In this document: positions 1 through 8,566 of the stretch, piece after piece | Numbering within the stretch: position 1 is the first letter of the stretch | Layout of the letters: each line of letters starts with the position of its first letter | Assembly: GCA_018812345.1 (NCBI GenBank) | Contig: JAHJDR010000176.1 | Location: 1 to 34,234, forward strand | Direction of reading: 5' to 3' | From: a bacterium | GTDB taxonomy: Bacteria; UBA10199; JADGCS01 | DNA length: 34,234 bases | Notes under the pieces: model-generated | Seen by the model: only the letters and a program-made list of their open reading frames with translations | Told to the model about the DNA's origin: nothing | Databases searched by the model: none | Program-made: the position numbers and the translations under genes

Positions 1-1
1 G

Positions 2-20
2 CCCTTCGACAAGCTCAGGG
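2..20. repeat. REP-like mini-hairpin CCCTTCGACAAGCTCAGGG
   Basis: Imperfect palindrome (CCCT..AGGG stem) of a type I recognise as a dispersed REP-like repeat; directly followed by TCTAACG/TCTAGCG heptamer units. Confidence 0.6.
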
Positions 21-58
21 TCTAACGACGTCTAGCGTGTTGTTTGCTAGCCCCCCCC

Positions 59-86
59 TTAAGCCCTAAGCCTTTAGCCTTGCGCC
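59..86. repeat. Degenerate heptamer array (TTAAGCC CTAAGCC TTTAGCC TTGCGCC)
   Basis: Four 7-nt units; same family, reverse-complemented, as the array at 6407-6448. Confidence 0.75.
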
Positions 87-127
87 CTATAACATCTCCC
101 CTCGAACCTGCGATCCTGAGTTCATAA

Positions 128-156
128 TAGACAAATCCCCCTAAGTATTGTATATC
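128..156 (+). promoter_or_regulatory. Putative sigma70-type promoter of the Omp85 gene
   Basis: TAGACA-N17-TATATC about 30 nt upstream of the ATG. Confidence 0.4.
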
Positions 157-187
157 GTTAGTACATTTTTCCTAGCACTTGTTTTTT

Positions 188-2878
188 ATGATGAAATGTC
201 GACGATACATTTTTATCCTCGTTTTATTGTGTTTATGTCCCTATTTAGGGTACTCCCAAATTCATCTTACAGAGATTAATCTAAAATATGACGGTCCAGA
301 AGAATTTAGAAATAATCTCGATACAACGCTACAGTTTGCCCGTGAAAAACAAACATCACGAGAGAATCTTGTTTCAGAGCTTGATCGTCTTGGGCAATCA
401 GGTATTTTTAGTGTTTTTGAATATGATTTGATTCCAAAAGGTGCTGATAATTACCTGCTTGATTTGACGATTGTCAAACCAAAGCAAATTCGTAATCTTG
501 ATGTGAGTGGCAATTATCCCTTTTTATCAAAAAATATTACAAAATTAATCCCTCTCCAACCTGGATCTGGTTTTAACAAAGATCTCATTCAAGATTCTAT
601 AGATGCTATTGATAGCTATCTTGAAAAATATGGTTTCTATAAGTCTCAAATTACTATTGATGTGGAAGAGGTTCAAGAACACGATGTTGTTGATCTTCAC
701 ATTAGATTAAAGCGGGGAAGAACCTATCATATTGATAATATCTATATTGAGGGAAATGAAAATATTTCAGACAAACGCATTCGCAATAAAATATCTCAAG
801 GATCGCGATTTCGCATGAAGCGTTTTAAGAAGAATTTGAAAAGCATTCAAAGCCTGTATGCCAAAAAAGGTTTTATTAAAACACGTGTGAAAGCTCAGCG
901 ACTTGAATTTAATGATAATACTGGGAAAGTTGATATTTATTTAACTATTCGTGAGAACAAGCATTTTAAACTCGTTATCAAAGGTAATACCTATTTTGAT
1001 AAGCAGTATGTGAAAGCTGTGACAAGACTTAAGGAATCACGTGCTTATGATCGTTATGCCATTAGAAGAGCCAAGAAAAGACTTGAACGTTATTATGAAT
1101 TACGTGGTTTTCCTGATGCTCTGATTGAAACTGAAATTATCAAACCAGATAAAAAATCTGTGATAGCACAATTTACCATCACACCTGGTACGCGTGTCGA
1201 ATTGCAGCGTATCAAGTTTATTGGGAACAAAAATATTAGTGATAAAAAACTTAAGAAAGCTATGGATTCTAAAGAGTCCAGCCTTATGGAACGGGCTTAT
1301 TTTTCTGAAGATAGGCTGAAAAAAGATCGTGATTTATTGGCAGATGTTTATCATCGCAATGGTTTTTTCAATGTTCAAATCAGTTCACCTGATATTTATG
1401 TGAATGACTTTGGCGATCAGAAAAGAGCTACGTACACGATAACTGAAAGAGAAGAATATTATATCAGTAAGATTGAATTTAGCTCAGAAGATTTATTAGA
1501 TAAAGAAGCTCTTCTCAAGAAAAGTGAATTGAAAACAGGTAAGAAATTTAGAGCTGATAAAATCGATAAAGCTCAAACGAAAATTTATAATGAAATATTA
1601 AACCAAGGCTATGCTTATGCTCAGATGTCGGCTGACAAAAGAGTACATCCAGATGGTGTGGATATACAATTTAATATTGAAAAGGGTCCCAAAGTACATA
1701 TTCGATCTATCATTGTTGATGGCAACCTCATTACGAGAGAAAAAACCATTAGAAATAACTTGAAAATCAAGGCTGGAGATACTTTTGTCTATGACAAAAT
1801 GCTTGATGGTCAGCTAAACTTACGACGCTTAGCCTCTTTTTCATCTGTTCGCATAACGCCTCTTGGGTTTGAAGAAAAAAGTAGTGAAATAGATCTGGTT
1901 GTGAGTGTGACAGAACGCAAGACCGTTTCCATGAATATACAAGGTGGTTTTGATAGTCGTCACCTTGTTACCGGTGAATTTAATTTCACTAAGTATAATT
2001 TATTTGGCACTGGTCGCCAGCTCAATGGTCGTTTTATTGGGGGACCCAAATATGATCGTATGGAAATGACTTTTTTCTCGCCGCGTGTTTTTGGTGCTAG
2101 TTGGAATCTTTCTATTCAAGGTTTTGGTCAGTATGAAGACGAAGTGTTTTTTACAGCTTTTAGTTATGGTGCCTTTGCAAGCACATTGAAAAACTTTGGT
2201 GCTCATTGGACATTTGGTTTTAAGGAACAAGTCGCACAGACAGAAGTGTTCGAATCAAAATCTGATGTGGCACAGCTGGGTGACTCCTTATTTGATAACA
2301 CATTTAACGAATTTCAAATGTCATTACTCTTAGATTATCGCGATAATTTTTCTGATCCGCAAAGAGGCTTTTATGTGCTCGCACAAAACGAATTGAATAC
2401 AGATTTGCAAAGTGTGTCGAACAACTTTAATACCTTTAAGTTTAACATTAACCACTATTATGGTTTTCTCAGAAGATTTACTTTTGTGAATACGTTTCGC
2501 TATTGGCATACATTTGATATTAGTAGTAACCCTCGTATTCCTGTTAATAAACTTTTCTTTATGGGTGGGTCCGATACGGTACGCGGTTTTCCAGAAGATA
2601 GTATTGACCCCTCTGGTGGCACGATCATGATGATCTATAATGGTGAGTTGCAGTACCGCATAACGGATGCTGTTAAAGTAGCAGCCTTTTTTGATGCTGG
2701 TGTCATTGGAGATGATGTGAACATGTTAACCAGAAGTGATATTAGAGAATCTGCTGGCGTTGGTTTGCGCTATTTCACACCCATTGGACCCATTCGTCTC
2801 GACTGGGGCTTTATCCTCGATCGCCAGCCTGGCGAACCTAAACAACGTATCCATTTTTCATTTGGCTATTTTTTCTAG
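188..2878 (+). CDS. Omp85-family outer membrane assembly factor (BamA/TamA-like) with about 7 POTRA domains
   Basis: Signal peptide; repeated POTRA motifs (e.g. GRTYHIDNIYIEGNENISD, GPKVHIRSIIVDGNLITRE); barrel motifs FFMGGSDTVRGF and GVGLRYFTPIGPIRLDWG; C-terminal FSFGYFF. ATG at 188/191 preferred over the TTG at 179. Confidence 0.93.
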   Translation: MMKCRRYIFILVLLCLCPYLGYSQIHLTEINLKYDGPEEFRNNLDTTLQFAREKQTSRENLVSELDRLGQSGIFSVFEYDLIPKGADNYLLDLTIVKPKQIRNLDVSGNYPFLSKNITKLIPLQPGSGFNKDLIQDSIDAIDSYLEKYGFYKSQITIDVEEVQEHDVVDLHIRLKRGRTYHIDNIYIEGNENISDKRIRNKISQGSRFRMKRFKKNLKSIQSLYAKKGFIKTRVKAQRLEFNDNTGKVDIYLTIRENKHFKLVIKGNTYFDKQYVKAVTRLKESRAYDRYAIRRAKKRLERYYELRGFPDALIETEIIKPDKKSVIAQFTITPGTRVELQRIKFIGNKNISDKKLKKAMDSKESSLMERAYFSEDRLKKDRDLLADVYHRNGFFNVQISSPDIYVNDFGDQKRATYTITEREEYYISKIEFSSEDLLDKEALLKKSELKTGKKFRADKIDKAQTKIYNEILNQGYAYAQMSADKRVHPDGVDIQFNIEKGPKVHIRSIIVDGNLITREKTIRNNLKIKAGDTFVYDKMLDGQLNLRRLASFSSVRITPLGFEEKSSEIDLVVSVTERKTVSMNIQGGFDSRHLVTGEFNFTKYNLFGTGRQLNGRFIGGPKYDRMEMTFFSPRVFGASWNLSIQGFGQYEDEVFFTAFSYGAFASTLKNFGAHWTFGFKEQVAQTEVFESKSDVAQLGDSLFDNTFNEFQMSLLLDYRDNFSDPQRGFYVLAQNELNTDLQSVSNNFNTFKFNINHYYGFLRRFTFVNTFRYWHTFDISSNPRIPVNKLFFMGGSDTVRGFPEDSIDPSGGTIMMIYNGELQYRITDAVKVAAFFDAGVIGDDVNMLTRSDIRESAGVGLRYFTPIGPIRLDWGFILDRQPGEPKQRIHFSFGYFF

Positions 2879-2879
2879 T

Positions 2880-2911
2880 GTCTCGATGTCACGATGTCTC
2901 GATGTCTCGAA
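2880..2911. repeat. Octamer tandem array (GTCTCGAT x4, degenerate)
   Basis: GTCTCGAT GTCACGAT GTCTCGAT GTCTCGAA starting 1 nt after the Omp85 stop. Confidence 0.85.
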
Positions 2912-3060
2912 ACAATCAAAATATCTTGTAATAACAACCGGTTAAGATGCTAAATTCCTGACATTAATCTTATTCCCATCACTTGACCCAAAGCAATCGC
3001 ACTGATAACAGATAACCACTTATTAATGATGTGTTTTTGATTTTTCCTAAATGGTTTTCT

Positions 3061-3095
3061 TAACGGAAAACGGATAACGGAAAACGGAAACCGAA
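3061..3095. repeat. Five-unit AACGG heptamer element
   Basis: TAACGGA AAACGGA TAACGGA AAACGGA AACCGAA just before the AGGAG RBS. Confidence 0.85.
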
Positions 3096-3110
3096 TACAA
3101 GGAGAACAAT

Positions 3111-4199
3111 ATGAAGATATTTGTCATGGGTATTGGGTTATGCGGCACGTTTCCCGCTTCTGGCGGCCAATCGTATCGTGAACTCATAGCACGCGCAGCG
3201 AGTCAGGCATATTCAGATGCAGGCATTACAGCCGATCAACTCGATGGTGCCGTTAGTATCGAAGAAGATTTAATTTCTGGATACTCGATTTCTGATGAGT
3301 ATGTACCTGATCAATTAGGTGTGGTGAAGAAATCAGTGTATACCATTTGTGGTGATTTCCTCCATGGTTTGAATTCTGCTGTGATGACACTCAAAACAGG
3401 CCAATATAAAATGCTTGTTGTTGAAGGTTATTCAAAGGCCAGCAACTGTCTCACAAAAGATGAAACATTAACTTTTGCCTATGATCCCACATTCAATCGC
3501 CTCGGTGTATCACCTCACTATTTAGCAGGTATTGAAATGCAGCAACTTCTTGCTGACGGCAAATATACTAAAGAAGATGTCGCTAATGTGGTCGTGCAAA
3601 TGCGTAAGAATGCACTGGCTAATCCACAAGCTGCTTATGGCACAAACCTCACAATTGGTGATGTTCTGGGTGCGAGACCTGTGGCTGAACCTGTGACTGA
3701 AAATATGATTGCTCGTCATGCAGATGCTTCTATAGCCCTTGTTATTGGAACAGAAGAAGTGGTTAAGAGTGCTAAAAATCCTGTGTGCATCAGTGGTATG
3801 GGTTGGACAAGTGGTAACTCTATTATTGAACGACGTCCCCATAATATTTCTGAAGGCACAAAAGCGGCCGCACAAATGGCTTTTAGTGAAGCTAAGATTG
3901 CGAATGCTAAAGACTGTGAGGTGCTTTATGTTTCTGATCTCTATGCCCATCGTGCCCTCATGCACATGGATGCTTTAGGTCTTGAAAAAGATGCTATTGA
4001 GCGCATTAACCCTGATGGTGGTGTGCTTGGTATGGGCGATCTTTTTGAAGCTAACAGTGGTGCGCGTGTTTATGATGCTGTCCAACAATTACGTGGTCAT
4101 GCAGGTACGCGTCAGATTAACAATGCTAAAAAAGCCATGGTTCAAGGATGGCGTGGGCTTCCCACTGATTCCTGTGCTGTTACTGTTTTAGAAGCCTAA
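3111..4199 (+). CDS. Thiolase-fold (SCP-x/Ltp4-like) protein, non-canonical subunit
   Basis: Thiolase-like motifs (AYSDAGIT, RKNALANPQA, INPDGGVLG, AVQQLRGHAGTRQI); AGGAG RBS; lacks the HDCF and GHP motifs. Confidence 0.85.
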   Translation: MKIFVMGIGLCGTFPASGGQSYRELIARAASQAYSDAGITADQLDGAVSIEEDLISGYSISDEYVPDQLGVVKKSVYTICGDFLHGLNSAVMTLKTGQYKMLVVEGYSKASNCLTKDETLTFAYDPTFNRLGVSPHYLAGIEMQQLLADGKYTKEDVANVVVQMRKNALANPQAAYGTNLTIGDVLGARPVAEPVTENMIARHADASIALVIGTEEVVKSAKNPVCISGMGWTSGNSIIERRPHNISEGTKAAAQMAFSEAKIANAKDCEVLYVSDLYAHRALMHMDALGLEKDAIERINPDGGVLGMGDLFEANSGARVYDAVQQLRGHAGTRQINNAKKAMVQGWRGLPTDSCAVTVLEA

Positions 4200-4210
4200 A
4201 GGAGATCAAC

Positions 4211-6406
4211 ATGACTAAAATGAATAAAAGAGTAGCTTGTATTGGAGCTGGTATGACGCGTTTTGTGCGCCGCGCACAAGAGTCAACTGGCGAACTCGCT
4301 TCTTTAGCTGTGGAAATGGCGTTGAAAGATGCGGGACTCACCATGAACGATATTGATTCCGTGTGTTTGGGAACAGCCCCTGATGCCTTTGATGGTATTC
4401 ATATGAAAGGGGAAAATCTTATCGCTGGTAGTGGTGGAGCAAATAAACCTTATATGCGTCACTTTGTTGGTGGCGGAACCGGTGTGTTTTCACCGATTCA
4501 CGGTTGGATGCATGTGGCTTCTGGTCAGTTTAAAACCTGTTTGGTTGTGACTGAAGAAAAAATGAGCCCCTGTAATCCTCATCCAGCAGGTGCGTTTAAA
4601 ACTATTTTTGATCACACAACAGAACAACCATTAGATCTTACGTTGATCCATATTTTCGCCATTGAAATGGCGCGCTTCATGCATAAGTATGGTTATAAAG
4701 AAGAAGAGTTGGCATTGATTTCGGTTCAAAATAAACTCAATGCCATGGACCATCCCGCAGCTCAAATTGCGCAACAAATTACTGTTGATGATGTGATGAA
4801 TTCCAAACTCCTCTCATGGCCTGTTAAACGTCTTGATATTAGCCCCACATCAGATGCGGCAGTAGCCATTGTGTTATCTAATGAAGATGTCGCTAGAGCG
4901 CAAACGAAGCACCCTGTCTTTATTGAAGGTGTTGGTTATCGTTTAGACACAGCTTATTGGTGTACACGTGACTTAGCTTATCCTGATTATGTTGAATTAG
5001 CTGCCCGTGATGCCTATAAAATGGCTGGTATTACATCACCAGAACAAGAAATAGACATTTTCGAGCCTTATGATCCTTTTGATTATAAAGCCTTACATCA
5101 CATGAATGGTTTATTACTCGATAAGAGTGGTAAAAAAGTTAAAGAACTTCTGTTCAGTGGTTCGTTCGCACGTGATGGTTCACATCCTCTCTGCCCATCT
5201 GGTGGTGCTTTGGGTGTTGGTAATCCTATTGCGGCAACAGGGCTGATGAAAATTGCTGAGCTCTACTTCCAACTTTCTGGTCAAGCTGGTAAACGCCAGG
5301 TTAAAAAAGATTGTCGTCGTGGTGTGGCACAAGCTTGGGGTGATCTCATGCAAGTGGGAACTGTTGTTGTCATGGGTAATGACGAAGCTGTTCGTGGTCG
5401 TAAAACATTCTGGAGCGAAGCCGTACCAGAGCAATTGCCTGGTACAGCAATTAAGAATCCTCAAGATGTTCCTCATATGTCTTATACACCCGATCTCAGA
5501 TATTCATGGGATAATGGTTACGCCTTAACAACATACTTAGATGGTTTTAAAAATGGCAAAATCCGTGGTAGCAAATGTTCTTCATGCGGTCGCATGATGA
5601 TACCTGCTCGTTCTTTCTGTGAACTGTGTAACCTGAAGGCTGTTGAAGACTATTATGATCTTCCTGATTCAGGAACCATCGAAACATTCACACTCTCTCA
5701 TGTTGACTGGGATAGTTCTATGTTACCCGATGGACAGATCAATATGTTTGCGGTTATTTCCATTGATGGCGCGGCTAAAAAAATGGGTCTTGTACACCGT
5801 TTAGGTGATGTTGATCCTAAAGATGTCAAAATTGGTATGCGTGTAAAAGCTGTTTGGAAACCTGAAAATGAACGTGAAGGCAATGTCCTTGATCTGAAAT
5901 ATTTCAGACCGCTCAAAGATGGTGAAGCCATTGGAGAGCCCAAACGCATTAAACCCGTTGAAATGGATAGTACAACAGCTAAAGCCTTCCCAGGCCAGAT
6001 CCCCATGAGTTATATTTATACAGCGGGTATTGCTGGAGCTAAGTTCTATAATGACTTTGCACAAGGTAGGGTTTCGGGAACATGGTGTGAACACTGTCAA
6101 AAGGTTCATCTTCCAACAGCCTCTTTTTGTGAGTACAGTTTGAAAAAACTTGATCCCACAAAAGATGCTCGTGAGATTGATGCCAAGAGTGGTGTCATTG
6201 CCTCATACACTGTGGTACATGATGATCGTTCCGGTCACCAAATGGATAAGCCTCAAGTGGTTGTACAAATCAGCTATCCAGAAGCTGTGGGAACAATCTT
6301 TGGTAAACTAGAAACAAGTGATGTCACAGCTGTTAAGGCTGGTATGAACGTTGAGCTTATTCCATCAAGAACTGTTGGAGAAGGGTTGATGTTTAAGACT
6401 TGTTAA
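4211..6406 (+). CDS. Thiolase-fold (Ltp3-like) protein fused to two DUF35 Zn-ribbon/OB-fold domains
   Basis: N-terminal about 390 aa thiolase fold (SPTSDAAVA, EPYDPF, PSGGALGVGNPIAATG, QLSGQAGKRQV); then CSSC...FCELC plus OB-fold (DVKIGMRVKAVWKP) and CEHC...FCEYS plus OB-fold (VKAGMNVEL); GGAG RBS. Confidence 0.9.
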   Translation: MTKMNKRVACIGAGMTRFVRRAQESTGELASLAVEMALKDAGLTMNDIDSVCLGTAPDAFDGIHMKGENLIAGSGGANKPYMRHFVGGGTGVFSPIHGWMHVASGQFKTCLVVTEEKMSPCNPHPAGAFKTIFDHTTEQPLDLTLIHIFAIEMARFMHKYGYKEEELALISVQNKLNAMDHPAAQIAQQITVDDVMNSKLLSWPVKRLDISPTSDAAVAIVLSNEDVARAQTKHPVFIEGVGYRLDTAYWCTRDLAYPDYVELAARDAYKMAGITSPEQEIDIFEPYDPFDYKALHHMNGLLLDKSGKKVKELLFSGSFARDGSHPLCPSGGALGVGNPIAATGLMKIAELYFQLSGQAGKRQVKKDCRRGVAQAWGDLMQVGTVVVMGNDEAVRGRKTFWSEAVPEQLPGTAIKNPQDVPHMSYTPDLRYSWDNGYALTTYLDGFKNGKIRGSKCSSCGRMMIPARSFCELCNLKAVEDYYDLPDSGTIETFTLSHVDWDSSMLPDGQINMFAVISIDGAAKKMGLVHRLGDVDPKDVKIGMRVKAVWKPENEREGNVLDLKYFRPLKDGEAIGEPKRIKPVEMDSTTAKAFPGQIPMSYIYTAGIAGAKFYNDFAQGRVSGTWCEHCQKVHLPTASFCEYSLKKLDPTKDAREIDAKSGVIASYTVVHDDRSGHQMDKPQVVVQISYPEAVGTIFGKLETSDVTAVKAGMNVELIPSRTVGEGLMFKTC

Positions 6407-6448
6407 GACTTATGGCTTAAGGCGCAAGGCGTAAGGCGTAAGGTTTTG
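6407..6448. repeat. Degenerate heptamer array (GGCGTAA type)
   Basis: GACTTAT GGCTTAA GGCGCAA GGCGTAA GGCGTAA GGTTTTG directly after the stop codon. Confidence 0.8.
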
Positions 6449-6480
6449 GGCCCTAGTCTCAGTCAATTTAATCTTTAGTG

Positions 6481-6513
6481 ATGCCCGGTCTACTTTTGTG
6501 GGCCGGGTATTTT
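6481..6513 (+). terminator. Probable intrinsic terminator hairpin
   Basis: ATGCCCGGTCTAC-TTTT-GTGGGCCGGGTAT stem with G-U pairs, followed by a short T run. Confidence 0.6.
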
Positions 6514-6514
6514 A

Positions 6515-6979
6515 ATGATGGAAAAATCACTTCAAGAAACATTTGCCCCACATAATGCGTGTTTTGGTTGTGGGCCTTCTAATGCAAAAGGTTTGGGTTT
6601 AAAAAGTTATGTAAAAGATGGGTATACTTTTGCCACGTTTAAACCGGAAAAACACCATGAGGCTTTTGAGGGTGTTTTGTGTGGTGGTATTATTGGGACT
6701 CTCATGGATTGTCACTGCAATTGGGCTGCTGCTTATTATCTCATGAAAGATAAAGAATGTGATCATCCGCCATGCACGGTGACAGCTGATTATGCAATCA
6801 AACTATTGCGCCCAACCCCAACTGATGAGCCAGTACAGCTTAAAGCAAAATTAGTATCTATAAAAGGGGAGTGGGCAAAAATTGAGGGTGAGTTACTATA
6901 TAAAGAAAAAGTTTGTGCCACATGCCAGGGCACTTTTGTTGCCGTAAAACCAGGTCATCCTGCTTATCATAGGTGGTAG
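6515..6979 (+). CDS. PaaI-family (hotdog-fold) acyl-CoA thioesterase
   Basis: CFGCGPSNAKGLGL, GVLCGGIIGTLMD and TVTADYAIKLLRPTP motifs. Confidence 0.9.
   Translation: MMEKSLQETFAPHNACFGCGPSNAKGLGLKSYVKDGYTFATFKPEKHHEAFEGVLCGGIIGTLMDCHCNWAAAYYLMKDKECDHPPCTVTADYAIKLLRPTPTDEPVQLKAKLVSIKGEWAKIEGELLYKEKVCATCQGTFVAVKPGHPAYHRW
6938..6979 (+). repeat. Direct repeat copy 1 (3' end of thioesterase, VAVKPGHPAYHRW*)
   Basis: 35/42 nt identical to 8524-8565. Confidence 0.9.
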
Positions 6980-6985
6980 GGGCAT

Positions 6986-7831
6986 CTACTTAAAGCATAA
7001 TTCTTTATTTCGGAAATATTCATCAAGATAATTATCTAGATAAGGTTTAACAAAATCAGGGTTCATAATAAGAGGTTCGAGATCAGAACGAAAAGCATGA
7101 AATTGATTTTTTAGGTTTTTTACTTTTTTAGTTAGTCTATTATCAACCTCTTCAAGTGATACAGATTCATTTAGCATGTTAGACAATCTTTTGAGGTTTG
7201 GTTTTATGCCTTTTTTGATAAACCATAATAAATCAAAGTAATCACGACCTTTGATAGTTGCTGAATTATCTTTACCCTTAACAAAAGATCTTCTTAACAC
7301 AGCATGTATTTTCCCAGCCATGAGATCAGGCAAGCTATAGTGTTTTGCAATATAATTGAACCCGAATTGACTTTGTGTAGAGGTAATAACTTCATAGTTT
7401 TTAGAAGGAATTGGGGAAAGGTCTAGCTTTATGTATAAAAGATTGCTTTCACTAGGGGTAGCTAGATTAATCTTTTGAAGAACTGGAAATTTAAGCAAGA
7501 GCTGTTGTCCTTTTTGTTTAATGCTAATAGACATATCTTTGCACTGATATCTTTGTTTAAAGAATTTACTAAAACCATCCGCAAACATATCAATATCTAC
7601 TGATTTGATAAAATCAAAATCAATATCTTCTGACAATCGATCTAGTTCATAGAAGTGTCTAAGACAGGTGCCTCCAGTAAAGATGAGGTTTTTGTTGTAT
7701 GTAGGCGTTGTGTAAATATAGAAGAGGGCATAGACTTGAAGATATTCTTTGAGTATGTTTTTGATGTAATCTTTTCTTAATCCTTTTTGGATTTCTTGAA
7801 GCGCAATATTTTCCAGTTCCTTGTAAATCAT
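6986..7831 (-). CDS. abiEii: AbiEii/AbiGii-family nucleotidyltransferase toxin (type IV TA)
   Basis: LIFTGGTCLRHFYELDRLSEDIDF signature, LMAGKIHA, KGRDYFDLLW; ATGA overlap with the upstream antitoxin gene. Confidence 0.92.
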   Translation of the reverse strand: MIYKELENIALQEIQKGLRKDYIKNILKEYLQVYALFYIYTTPTYNKNLIFTGGTCLRHFYELDRLSEDIDFDFIKSVDIDMFADGFSKFFKQRYQCKDMSISIKQKGQQLLLKFPVLQKINLATPSESNLLYIKLDLSPIPSKNYEVITSTQSQFGFNYIAKHYSLPDLMAGKIHAVLRRSFVKGKDNSATIKGRDYFDLLWFIKKGIKPNLKRLSNMLNESVSLEEVDNRLTKKVKNLKNQFHAFRSDLEPLIMNPDFVKPYLDNYLDEYFRNKELCFK

Positions 7832-8472
7832 AGAGTATCCTTTAAAATATTTGTAAGATTAAGGTATTTTTTAATATTAGTTCTTTGGCAATAGATACTA
7901 AACTCTTTAAAATCCTTATTTGAAAACTCGTCTAGATTTAGTCTGAATGATTCAATGAGTTCATTGTTAATGACAGGAGTACGATAAGTCTTGAGATAGA
8001 GATAATCAAAAAGGGCTTTTGCTTTGGTTGCTATTTTAATTTTGTATTTGCCTTTCTGGACTATGTTATATCCGTAGAATAAATCTGTTTTGACGTTTCT
8101 ATAAATATAGTAACCAAGTTTGTTTGAATAGTTTCGAGGTGTTTTTAAGGTAATGGATGTGATGCCATAGACAGCTTCTGTTAAGATATTATAATTTTGC
8201 AGGACATATTCTGTTGAGAGATAAGAGGGTTCTCGTAGTTTATTAGCAATAAAAGCTAGATAGTTATCTTTATCAAATTCTAGGTCAAAAAAAGACTTTG
8301 TAACGTAGAGACCCTTTTTGAGTTGAATGATTATGTCCTGTTTTAACCAACGATTAATGTTGGAATAGAGGCTGTTTTTTGATATCTCAACTATCTGTGA
8401 AAGGGTATTGAGATCAAAATAGCTAAAAGATTTAAGGTTTTCGATGTTTTTAAGTTGATTCACAATTAGCAT
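7828..8472 (-). CDS. abiEi: AbiEi-family antitoxin / transcriptional regulator
   Basis: N-terminal wHTH (RWLKQDIIIQLKKGLYV), PSYLSTEYVL, IATKAKALFDYLY; coupled to the toxin gene; exact start uncertain. Confidence 0.85.
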   Translation of the reverse strand: MLIVNQLKNIENLKSFSYFDLNTLSQIVEISKNSLYSNINRWLKQDIIIQLKKGLYVTKSFFDLEFDKDNYLAFIANKLREPSYLSTEYVLQNYNILTEAVYGITSITLKTPRNYSNKLGYYIYRNVKTDLFYGYNIVQKGKYKIKIATKAKALFDYLYLKTYRTPVINNELIESFRLNLDEFSNKDFKEFSIYCQRTNIKKYLNLTNILKDTL

Positions 8473-8502
8473 GTATTATATACTAATTGTGGAATAAGTC
8501 AA
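8461..8502 (-). promoter_or_regulatory. AbiE promoter with inverted-repeat operator
   Basis: Minus strand TTGACT-N16-TATAAT; perfect 9-bp inverted repeat CACAATTAG (8461-8469)/CTAATTGTG (8483-8491) spanning the -10 box. Confidence 0.6.
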
Positions 8503-8523
8503 GCTGATAAATTCTATTGAATT

Positions 8524-8565
8524 GTAGCTGTCAAACCCGGCCATCCTGCGTATTATAGGTGGTAG
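8524..8565 (+). pseudogene. Direct repeat copy 2: orphaned thioesterase 3' end (VAVKPGHPAYYRW*)
   Basis: Translates to the same C-terminal peptide with one substitution; ends 1 nt from the convergent pilT stop. Confidence 0.85.
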
Positions 8566-8566
8566 A

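Larger units (their letters stand above)
6980..8523. mobile_element. Integrase-less genomic islet carrying an AbiE toxin-antitoxin pair
   Basis: Very AT-rich two-gene cassette bracketed by duplicated thioesterase 3' ends. Confidence 0.65.
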
